In this document: one piece after another, positions 54,177-64,000 of the stretch
Numbering within the stretch: the first letter of the stretch is position 1
Layout of the letters: every line of letters starts with the position of its first letter
Origin: Diadema antillarum
Lineage: Eukaryota
DNA: 64,000 bases
Reading direction: 5' to 3'
NCBI RefSeq assembly: GCF_040938485.1
Contig: NW_027271742.1
Coordinates: 186,001 to 250,000 of the forward strand
Position numbers and translations under genes: made by a program
The notes under the pieces: model-generated
Seen by the model: only the letters and a program-made list of their open reading frames with translations
What the model was told of the DNA's origin: nothing
Databases searched by the model: none

Positions 54177-54708
54177 AGGACAGATCCACCTTCATATACA
54201 TGTGTATCGAGTGAATGGCGAAAATCGGGCAATCTGTGATGTTAAAAAATTATGATTTTTTAAAGTAGCTACGCAGTCACTGCTGGATGAGAAGACTACT
54301 ACAGTGTATGATGTCACATGCGTAGAATGATATAAGGAAAATAATATAAAGAGAATTTCACAAAATTTTATTTTTTGAAAAGAGTTTACATTTCCTCGAC
54401 TTGTCACTGACATATGTTAAGGGTAATATTATTCCCCACGCCTTCAGAAAGAGGGAAGTCAAGCGTTCTTTTATTCTGCGAGAAAAGTGAAAATATGTTG
54501 AATTTTCTTTGTATTTTCTTTATATCGTTCTACACATGTGACATCACAAGCTGTAGTAGTCTTCTCATCCAGCAGTGACTGAGCAAAAACTTCAAAAATT
54601 CATAACTTTTGAACGGATTGTCCGATTTTCCTCAAACTGTCGCTGATGTGTTCTACTAATATTGCTGCATTCACTCAATCCACATGTCTATGAAGGTGGA
54701 CTTATCCT
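54177..54708. mobile_element. Kolobok-type MITE with long imperfect TIRs
   Basis: TTAA at 54173-54176 and 54709-54712; AGGACAGATCCACCTTCATA / TATGAAGGTGGACTTATCCT; CAGTCACTGCTGGATGAGAAGACTACTACAG is mirrored in both arms. Confidence 0.9.
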
Positions 54709-54809
54709 TTAAGGAAATGTTGAGCGACGTTACATGAGATCGGCATTAAAACCGTTTTTTGATCTACAGCCCTCGGACGGCATGGCAAGGACCTACTATT
54801 CTTTGACAT

Positions 54810-55018
54810 AAAGGTTTCTCATTAGCATCAGTACTGCCGTGGCAATGTTTTTTTTTTGACAGTTTAAAAATCTGACAGGGCATCCACGGCAATTACAGCC
54901 TGTCACGTTTGCCTATCCCGTCTCACCGCGTTGTTTCACGTCCATCCCGTTTTGTCCACGGTGGCCTGAAACGTGTGTGCCGTGCGGTGGCCGCCGAGAA
55001 CATGGTGTAAACGCAGCA
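54810..55018 (+). mobile_element. Right half of the same Harbinger MITE family as 44605-45081
   Basis: ACTGCCGTGGCAA..TTTGACAGT.TAAAAATCTGACA.GGCATCCAC..CCTATCCCGTCTCACCGCGTTGTT..GAACATGGTGTAAACGCAGC then TTA. Confidence 0.85.
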
Positions 55019-55340
55019 TTACGGAGTGATATTAGGAAAGCTTCTCCAACCATGTATACAAACTCATCACGACTGGTTGCCAAATCTAAAACATTACATG
55101 TTATAATCATGGTGGTTCTCTTTTTGTGTGATATCTTTGTTATAATAAAATGATTTTGTCACATACTGTTTGTTTTTGTGATGTTTTTGCTTTGTTTTCA
55201 TATTTCACAATGACTGCTAATCATTTGCAAATTTTGTTATTTTATATGATTGTGAAACAATAAAACATATAAATAAAAAACAAAAGTGTTATTGTAAGGC
55301 AGGGCCAGCGTTACCTATTAACAGACGATTCGATACTCTA

Positions 55341-55520
55341 GGGCGGCAAAGGTGGCTCAGTAATGTAGCGGTCTCCCGCATGCCTAGGGCAGTCAAAATA
55401 ATGAATTGGGTTCGAGCCTCAGTGAGTCCATAGGTGAGCAATGTCATCGTATCATCTCCGCTATGGTCAGAGGCAAAATGCATGCACTGTGTAAAATGGG
55501 AACCCAGTGTGAGAAGAGTG
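55341..55520 (+). mobile_element. Diverged 5' half of a Deu-like SINE (copy D)
   Basis: GGGCGG..TGGCTCAGT..TAGC, GGGTTCGAGCC, TGAGCAATGTC, AGAGGCAAAA, TAAAATGGGAACCCAGTGTGAGAAGAGT, collinear with copy A. Confidence 0.7.
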
Positions 55521-56251
55521 ACGACACAGTGGAGTATTTAGCACCCCACTCCTTTTTGCGCAAAAAGCCGTATGCAAACTCGTCCTTCATTTCATTTAAT
55601 TCACTTCCAACAAAAATGCAATTGCACTAAACAATGCTAAAGCATTTTCAGACATATAATTTCACACAATTGGCACTACATTGTAATGATACAAAAGATT
55701 TTGAGCTTTTCATGACAATATCGAATCAAAGTTGTTGGAAATGAATTGGACTGCTCATAAAAGCATACAGGGCTTGTGGTATGCAGTCTCCTCACAAACA
55801 ATATTACCGAACTAACAAAACTAGGCAAATTGCCTTTAAAAAGAGAGAGAGAGAAAAAAGAAGCACATACACACACACACAAGCAAAAACGAGGCAGCTC
55901 TCTTGTTAAGAAATAAAGAAAGGATAGGCACGGACTGAATTACAGTATAAGACTAGAGGAGTTAAGGAGTTGAAGGATCAAAACCAACGCACGCGAAGCA
56001 CGAAATGCATGTGTTCATCGAGGTACAGAGAGACAATATTTCTATAAACGATGAACGATTACAATGAGGAAAAAAGGACATGCTATTAGGGTTAACAAGA
56101 GTACAACTCATTCTATGATACAGGAATTTCTAAGAAGATTCTTTAATTCGAAAGTAAAAGTATAAGAACTTCAACCCTTCGGAGTGGTCCGCTCCACACG
56201 CACAAACCAAGAAATGGACTAATGATACAGACCTCTCTTGGTTTGCCACGG

Positions 56252-56265
56252 GTAACTATAGCAAC
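56252..56265. promoter_or_regulatory. Candidate RFX X-box GTAACTATAGCAAC
   Basis: Matches the X-box consensus GTHNYYATRRNAAC; function untested. Confidence 0.35.
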
Positions 56266-56408
56266 AGCCTGGAAACTGATGTGAACCAGGCACGTAGGAC
56301 TGGTGTGCGTATTGCTCCATATGAGCCGAAGACCATTCTGATTATTTCATTCAGGGGTGCTTTCGGCTGTGGAGATAGTTAAGCGTATTGACCACTATAG
56401 GCATGAAA

Positions 56409-56764
56409 GGGCGGTTAGTTAGCTCTGTCAGTAGCGTGTCTGCCTCACGATCAGAAGGACCCGGGTTCGATTCCCGAGTCCCTCTGAGCAATGTTGAGTG
56501 TAATCATACCGTCCCCTCCAGTAAGAGGCAAAACACCCTGTCCCTCGAATATAACATAAAACGGAGGTCCCGTGTGTGAGAGAGTCACAACTCTTGCACG
56601 TAAAAGATCCCGCTTCATTTATTCATCTCAAAGAGCAGGGTGTTCATCCCTGTGAAGTGGTCCCACCTCACATCCAACTGGACCCCATAGAAGACCAGCT
56701 ATTGCAGCTGAATGTGGGTCATCCAGCCATATTCTCAGATGGAAAATGAAATATACAAACAAAC
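56409..56764 (+). mobile_element. Deu-like SINE, full length (copy E)
   Basis: Box B GGTTCGATTCCC, core ACATAAAACGGAGGTCCCGTGT..CACGTAAAAGATCCC..AAGAGCAGGG, short AAAC tail. Confidence 0.9.
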
Positions 56765-58409
56765 TTGGTATTGTTCTTGTTCCTCTGTAAAAAGTGAAGC
56801 ATCCTTACCAGATGCCTGTTCTCTCCGGTTCTCCAAACTAATCAAACTCTGCACCAAATCTTTAGAGTTACCTCAAGAAATGCAGCATAACATATTCGCA
56901 GAAATCATTCCTCATATCCTGAAGGCATGCAATTAGTGAGTTAATCGCAATTGACCCACATTTTAGTGATTATGTATTGGAAAAAGCATTAGCCGTTTGT
57001 CCTCAGCTGTGACATACGACATTAGCGAATCCCGGACATAATTATTATCACAAAGCGCCTCGAGTCCGCACGCGATTTTCATTGAACGAGGAATTTTGCG
57101 GTTTAACCAACGCTTGCTAAACATTAAGTTTGTTTGTCAAGTTTTGGCCATTAGCTCTTTCTAAATTGCGCGAACATGTCAGAAATCAGGGTACTTCGGG
57201 GATCGACAGAACGGATTGCGAACAATTGTGATTTTGCGCTGAACATTGCTGTTGTTCTTGATTGAGACAGCTGTTTTAGGTTTATGAGAAAAAGAATTGT
57301 TGAAAAATCCTTTCTCGACCCCATAATTTGCTCGGTAGACGCATTTTCTTACTGATAACAATGTGCCAACATTACAGAAACTATTTTGAGAAGAGAGATT
57401 TAAAAACTCGTATTACCCACCTATGCTTCCTCCAACATATTCGCGTACACACACACACACTGACCAGGACATATAAAGAAATCTGAAGTTCAAGTTCACT
57501 CACAAAGCCAATTGTGTAAACTCATATACGCAAAAATTCGAAACAACAAATTACCAACCTTTCCCCCCTACACTGTCTATCATACCTGTCGTTACTAGAC
57601 CACTCCGATGGGAACTTGTGTCTTCAAATTATTCATCAAGCGTTAGAGAGTCGTTAATCTTTACGTACTAGAGTGACGAACACTCTATAGTCTATTTTGT
57701 CCATCACTGTTTGACAGCGGTCCTACAGAATAAGAGGCAATTTATGGGGCTGGACACTCGTCCTTCTTGACTCAGTGTTTGAAGTATTTTCTCTTTTTCT
57801 TGGGGTGGGGGTAAAATGAAAATGTTTCTGAAAATGAGCTGGACAAAATAGTGTCTATTTCAAACTGGTACTGCCCTCTCATGTAGCATTTCTTGTCACG
57901 TCTTTCTGTTGGTCATAAATAGATATCTTCTGTGTATTCTTCAGAATATTTCGGGAGTTCAATAATGGCGATAATGTTCTGACATGAGACTCGTGAATTG
58001 ATATGACGATGTTCGTTAACATGCCTTCTTGGACAGTGCCGCCTGATTTAAGTGCATTCGAGGTGCTTCTTATTTGAGTTGCCTTCCATTCATGATGTTC
58101 TCGAGCCTGGTGGCGCTTGTCCTGTTGTCAACTTCCGGGAACCATAGCTTGAATGAGAGACACAAAGAACAAAACATGAGAAGACGGAATGAACATGGCG
58201 GAAGGAGCATTTTCGGAATTCCTCTCCCTACCGATCGATTTACTTGAGGATTCCACTTTCGTCAAAGACAGTCATAATAAATCTTGCAGAGTTGTACGTT
58301 AAAAAAAGGCATCTTTATACGTATTTTTCTGTTCGGTTGGATACTGTAACATACCACATGTTTGCTGTCGTTTATCCGCATGAAAGTGAAAGTTTCCTGA
58401 AATGTACAC

Positions 58410-58530
58410 TCCATGGACTGAGTGAATATAGCAATGTTAAGTGGAACATATCGGTGAAGTTTGAGGAAAATCGGACAATCCTTTCAAAAGTTTCTGTGCC
58501 GCCATGCATCTCTGGATGAGAAGACTACAT
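58410..58530. mobile_element. Fragment of the Kolobok-type MITE family at 54177-54708
   Basis: GAGTGAAT..AGCAAT..AGTTTGAGGAAAATCGGACAATCC.TTCAAAAGTT..CTGGATGAGAAGACTAC matches the reverse complement of 54550-54690. Confidence 0.8.
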
Positions 58531-58539
58531 CAGTTCGTG

Positions 58540-58830
58540 ACGTCGCTTCAAAACAACGATTTAAAGAATCTTTTGTCTTGTTTTTATGTGTCTATTGTAT
58601 TTCTCTCAATATATGTTTTTAATTACTTTGGTTCTGATTTCTATGCACATTGGTTGGACGTAATTTTGACTTTTATTATGAATGTTTTTGTTATGGTGGC
58701 AGCTGCTCATAAAACTTTGCTTTTCTTGCTGTCTCTATATACATTCTGTTACATTTGTATTGTCAGTTTGAATTTATTCACATACCTTGCCTGAATGTTT
58801 TTATTAATCTGTTTGAATGAAATAAGCACG
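58540..58830 (+). mobile_element. Probable LINE 3' end (ORF2 tail plus T-rich UTR)
   Basis: TTCAAAACAACGATTTAAAGAATCTTTTG resembles a frameshifted FK..LK.LL ORF2 terminus; followed by a T-rich UTR ending in an A-rich tail. Confidence 0.3.
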
Positions 58831-59062
58831 AATAGAATTGAAAATATAAAGAGAAGTCCTCGCATTATTTTCATTTTTATTGCACGATGAAAGGGCAATT
58901 GACTTAGCTCCTCCGGAAAGCAGGGTGAATGAAACCCTTTTCATTTTGTCCGTAACAAGTCGAAGGAAATATGTCCTTTTCATGAAAATTGAATTTCAAT
59001 TCAATTGGGTTTAATGACCACGCATGTTGCTGGTTTGTGTCTGTTTTTGTTTTTTGCTTTAC

Positions 59063-59218
59063 CTGATATAGGAAATGAATTCTTTTGAATTCCATCAATC
59101 AAGGAAAACCACTTGAATGTCGACTCTTCAGTTGTGATAAGAAGGTCAACGAGGCATGATCATTAAGTTCCAAATTCCTTTCTCCAGGGCACTTAGCTGG
59201 AGTGCTCATGAAGATAGC
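59063..59218 (-). other. Candidate 156-nt exon (non-coding or 5' UTR/start)
   Basis: Minus-strand acceptor TTCTTACTGACTTTAG| with a branch-like CTGAC and donor CAG|GTAAAG; all three through-frames contain stops; a late ATG gives MEFKRIHFLYQ. Confidence 0.25.
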
Positions 59219-59522
59219 CTAAAGTCAGTAAGAACATCTCACTGTCAATTCTTTGTCTAATGGCCACTGCTTGAGCTGACAAAATTCAAGATGTTGCCGA
59301 TAGATGAAGTCCGTTGCGTTCGAATGCCTCAAGCAAAAACTCTATTAGTTCCAAAGGGAATATTGTAGATCTATGCGTTTCTATCTGTTTAAGCCTGCTC
59401 TTCGTCTTGATTTCAAAAGCAATTACAGCAGGGTTTGTCGCTGCATTTACGGGGATAGTATAACGATTCTGTGTGCGCATGTACGCATTCTTTCTCATGA
59501 TACTTTATTGATACAACTTTAA

Positions 59523-60153
59523 AGAAAAAATCCACTCCAAGTATTTATCACTTCAATGAGAAATAGAAAACAAATATATCTGCAGAACAGTGTAAAAATA
59601 ATCAAAATCGGATAAAAGAGAAGGAAGTTATGACATCCTGAAAATTCACAATTTTTTTCGGAAAACTCTTCCTGACCAGTCGTTATGAATATTCAAATCA
59701 GTAGGTTGATGATACCATGCTCTCACAATTTCTTATTCATTTCATATACAGAAATGGTAAAAATCTCACATTTCAGCTATATAGATTAAATTTGCCTTAA
59801 AACCACCCTAAATAAAAAGGAACAAATGTTAACTCTGATTTATTTTTGTATGGGGCATATGCTTTTACCTGTGTTAGCTAAAAATACAATTTCTCCCCAA
59901 TTGTATACATAACGTGCATAAAAATTGTGGGGGCATGACATCATCAACTTGCTTATTTGAATATTTATAAGGGCTGGTCAAGGAATGTTCCCCCCCCCCC
60001 AAAAAAAAAAAGAAAGAAAGAAAAGAAAAGTGAAATTTAAAAAGTCATATCTTTCATATTTCTTATCCGATTTTTGTTATATTTGGAACGTGTTGAAGGG
60101 AATATTTTTCTCTTTATTTTTTACTTTATTTATTTAGGGGTGGATTTCCTCCT
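59523..60153. mobile_element. Kolobok-type MITE (older)
   Basis: TTAA at 59519-59522; AGAAAAAATCCACTCC vs reverse complement of right end AGGAGGAAATCCACCCC; internal AAAATCGGATAA..GAAGTTATGAC mirrored near 60040-60075; right TSD decayed. Confidence 0.7.
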
Positions 60154-61445
60154 TGAGACTGCAATGCTGAGCAATGCACAGATTAAGAGCAAGTATTTTG
60201 TATAATCGCATTTGCATCAGTCTAGGCTGTCACCGTACAGAAACAGAGAACTTGATAACTATAATGGTCGTAACTAAGACATTACTTCCTACAACCAGTA
60301 GAGATTCATATATAGTATATATATAGTTATATAATGAGTCATTTTAATGATACAAGATGAAAATCCACACAACTGGATTTAAAGAAAAACGAAATGAAGG
60401 ACACGAATGATGCTAGAAATGCTACTAACCGAAAGCAGGCAGTTGCGCATACTTGTTTAGGGATGTAAAAGAACGGTTAGGAGGAAGATGAGCGAGGAAG
60501 GCGCGGTAAAGAAAGAGTCTTTGCTACTCCAAATACTATATATCAATTACACGCAAAATGAAGGAGAGATTTGAAGTTTGCGTCAGTGAGAGTTCCGCGC
60601 AGGGGTAGAGACGAGTTCTACTTCAAAGAATGTCAAGATGTCTGGGCCCCAAGGCAGTGATCGCGATGATAGTTTCCGTTCTATCTGCACGTCGTAGACG
60701 TTTCTCAGAATTTCCGATAGGTGGCCTTCATTTCTCGTTTTCCGTTCATTATCAGATCGACAGAATTAACTCAGACGATACAAAGTATTCTAAACAATAG
60801 ATACAGATTGACTAATTCAGATTACTTGTCAATATTTTTAATGAAAAGAGATGGAGAAAAACAGATACCTGCCCCGACCAAAGTTCCGAAGTTTGAACGA
60901 ATTTTCGGATGTCTTTGACGTTGTATTCAGGTATCGATCCATGAAATCACGCCGACATTATCACAAACTATATAAATTAATGGTATGTATCGTAATCAAA
61001 TGATTGGCTGAGAACTATCACGTGACCCACCTTTCATTTCGCCTGAAAGCTTAATTTCACTTTCTCCGGGCAGTATTGTACCGTAAGTAGATTTGGCCGG
61101 CCATCTGCATTTTCTGTAGCTGTGGTTACCGATGTCTGTGATCTGTGTTTTCTTATTGTGCAAGATCAACTTACGTCTATTTAGATATTCTTGTTTCGAG
61201 TTATAGTTTTTCATTTCTGTACATTACTGCATTTATCTCTTTCTGCAATTCATGAACTAATGTATTGTAAAATGTTATTGAATATCAATTACTGTATTAT
61301 TCAGAGAAAGCGCAGAAATAAGGGTCCTTCCGGAAATAAGGCACAACTGAAAAATGACAGTAATAACGACTGCTCATCTGCGTTCCCCTGCATTTCATGT
61401 GTATTATAAATGCGTTGCGATTATTTGTGCATGTGTGCGACTCAC

Positions 61446-61520
61446 CTAACATGGAGAGCTGGTGCTGGTCTGGGAATCTTGCGAAGTGGCTGCCGCGGAA
61501 TATACGTCACGTTACAATTT
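61446..61520 (-). other. Candidate first exon with strong donor
   Basis: Minus strand ...CTCTCCATGTTAG|GTGAGT (ATG at 61452-61450); CpG-rich, with no acceptor visible upstream; unverified. Confidence 0.25.
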
Positions 61521-62150
61521 AATAACACAAAATGATGCATGCACATTACTTTGACGGGCGTTAATGAAATTATCCGGTGGATAATTCCTGCCGACGCCCT
61601 GTGTAAGAATAAGCATTATTTGTACAATGAAATGAGTATTGAGTGAAACCTATCCCCTTAGTCCTGTCCATCTCTACACACGCACACACACACAGAAGCA
61701 CACAGACACACACACATTCGCACACAAACACACAAACAAACAAATAAACGCTTACCCTCGCCTAAGTCACTCGGAAAACGTTGACGTGAACATCTTTTGT
61801 ATTATACCTTGCAACGTTTTTCATCAAATCGTTGAAGTTACGATTCAGGGACAGCTCATGAAGTTTCAGTGCAGCTTCTGTCATCCTTCGAGACCAAAAT
61901 AAAAAACAAACAAACAAATAGAATAATAGAACATTAATACATTAGATTATGCTTAAGAAGCATGATTAAGCAAAGCGTTTCTTCAATATAACATACGGCA
62001 GCGTTCGCGCACTAGATTAACACTCAGATGACACTACTTGACGTCGATACGATGGATAAAATGCTGATGACAGTATGGAGGGAAACCAGTCAGTTTAGTA
62101 TGAAGAAGCAGTCCAACTATATACCTTAACTTTTAACTTTGATCAATATG

Positions 62151-62487
62151 GTTTGTTGGCTGATTTTTTTTTCCTTCGGAGACGATGGCTTGATAACCCA
62201 TATTCAGCTGCACTAGCCCGTCTTTTATGGGGTTCCGATGGATGTGAGGCGGGACCACACCCTGCTCTTTGCGATGAGTGAATGAGGCGGGATCTTTAAC
62301 GTGCATGCGTTGTGACTCTCTCACAGACGGGACACCCATTTTATGTCCTATTCAAGCATGTCAAGGGACAGAGTGTTTTGCCTCTTTCTATTAAAGGGGA
62401 CGGTGTGGTTACACAAAATATTGCTCAGTGAGACTCGGGGATCGAACCCGGGTCCTCTGGAGGCAAACCGAGTGAGCCAAATCACCT
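62151..62487 (-). mobile_element. Deu-like SINE, full length (copy F)
   Basis: On the minus strand: GGTGATTTGGCTC head, GGTTCGATCCC box B, GGACATAAAATGGGTGTCCCGT..CACGTTAAAGATCCC..AAGAGCAGGG core, CAGCTGAATATGGGTTATC 3' part. Confidence 0.9.
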
Positions 62488-63112
62488 ATGAAGAAGTTGG
62501 TTGCTGAATGGAAAGTTACTGAATAGGTGTGGAAATGAAATGTGAGCGAATGATGAATATTCTCGTTAATCATTTACGAGAATACGAGACCGGACCCCTG
62601 TGGGCATGATCAATAGACCCCGTGTGCGTGCTTGCAATGCCTTTACCGGTCTTTAAAGTTGATGTTGAATGAACATGATCACTATGTCCTCATACTTCCG
62701 AACAGGGAGAAGAAGTTCTATTCTGTGCAGTGAAATGAAATAATGAATAAATTGATATAAAGTTTTTCATTTTCCATTCCAATACTTTGCGTCATCGTAA
62801 ATCTCTTGCTGCTTTCGTTTTATGGCTGCTGCTGACTTGTCGGTAACTCCCCGAACGAAATTGTGATGAGAGCCAAACATGCATACAGGAAACACTCACT
62901 GTTGTCATGAGGTAACCTTTTGCAGAGGACATCTTTAACCATGATCCCACAGCTACCCACAATAAATATGTTCGGCTCTGATTTTGCCTCGCTGCGAAAT
63001 GCGGACAAAGTAACCAAAAAAAAAAAAAAAGAAGAAGAAGATACGAAACATTAAGGAAGACTGAGTCATTAAGCCACTCCCTTTACACGTTGAATGAGTA
63101 TAATACCATAAT

Positions 63113-63615
63113 TAGGTGATACGCTATCAGCGTATCACCTATTGTGATTGTCAAAATCTCTCTTTATTTTTTTTTATTCTTCTTTCTTTCTGGACAATTT
63201 TGTGTCGTCAATATCTCAACAATGACATTACGGAATGACATGAAATTTTCAGTCAACATGTCTCATAACAATATCTAGCCACAATAAGGTTTTCATGACA
63301 GTAACATATCTATGACGTCATTTAGGCGCCATTTTGTGATTTTCGGACCTTGTCACATGATCGATCATAACTTCATAACTAGATGTCATTTCTGCATCAT
63401 TTTCGGTGGACATAAAGTTCAGGTCACGCTCTATCTTACTTTTTAATGCTAGTTACCCAGGTCTTCATTACGCGCGCGTTTGCGCGCGTCAAAATTTTAA
63501 AAGGCTCAAAACGACTTCCCAATGGGAAATCTCGAAGTTTCAGACAATTTTAAGCGTTTCAAACAATTTTGCGCGTGCGCGTCCGTCCGCGCGTTTTCGC
63601 GCGCACAGCGTATCA
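63113..63615 (+). mobile_element. Helentron/HINE (DINE-1-like) non-autonomous element
   Basis: Perfect 13-bp hairpin TAGGTGATACGCT-ATC-AGCGTATCACCTA (63113-63141), then a (TTA/TTC) low-complexity core; CAGCGTATCA recurs at 63606-63615 as a candidate 3' subterminal repeat. Confidence 0.6.
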
Positions 63616-64000
63616 GTAACATGAAAATGCACTTTTTTTGACTGATTTGGATTCCTGATACTTTGAGTAACAATATCCATTGATTTTTGATCGATTCTGA
63701 CAAATAACAAAGCAATGCACTGGCGTCAAAGTTGAAATTTCACATGCGCATCTATGTGCAAATATAGTGAAAAAACATGTCTTTATTTATTTCGCCATAG
63801 CTCTTTAAAACGTCAGGTGACCCTATGTTTTTATTGCATATTACAAAAGCATATAAATTGGACATAACGTTTCAAGCATCATTATTTCCATAAATACATT
63901 ATGACGTCATCATATCGTCATCTGAAATCAAAAAAGTGGAATTAATTTTTTTAAGGTACTGTTTCTGACATTCATTTGCTCGTATCTCTGTTGTTTAAGC

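Noticed and set aside
1-64000. Conserved bilaterian microRNAs (let-7, miR-9, miR-10, miR-124, miR-219 and others) or rRNA/snRNA
   Set aside because: None of the mature sequences I recall was seen on either strand in a visual scan; a miRBase/Rfam search would be needed to exclude them fully

Overview
Eukaryotic, AT-rich, scaffold-level draft sequence with four N gaps. I cannot support any protein-coding gene: the supplied ORFs are short, low-complexity, or derived from repeats or gaps, and none resembles a protein family I recognise. The window reads as a gene desert or a very long intron of an invertebrate deuterostome, most likely an echinoderm such as a sea urchin; this is inferred from the SINE types and MITE repertoire. 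It is dominated by non-autonomous mobile elements. These are: six tRNA-derived SINEs with a Deu-like central domain at different stages of decay; two CORE-type SINEs; PIF/Harbinger MITEs (TAA/TTA targets), including a head-to-tail composite dimer with two nested right ends; Kolobok-type MITEs (TTAA, AG- termini); a CACTA-like MITE; a Tc1/mariner-like MITE; Helentron/HINE-like elements; and LINE remnants. There are also microsatellites, four diverged local tandem duplications, some unique segments with regulatory-looking motifs (RFX X-boxes, E-boxes, Fox, Pbx/Meis, ETS+YY1), and a few weak candidate exons. There is no CRISPR array, rRNA or credible functional tRNA. I found no evidence for a novel multi-gene system; the most unusual structures concern transposon architecture and candidate cis-regulatory modules. 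Family assignments come from remembered consensus features, not database searches.
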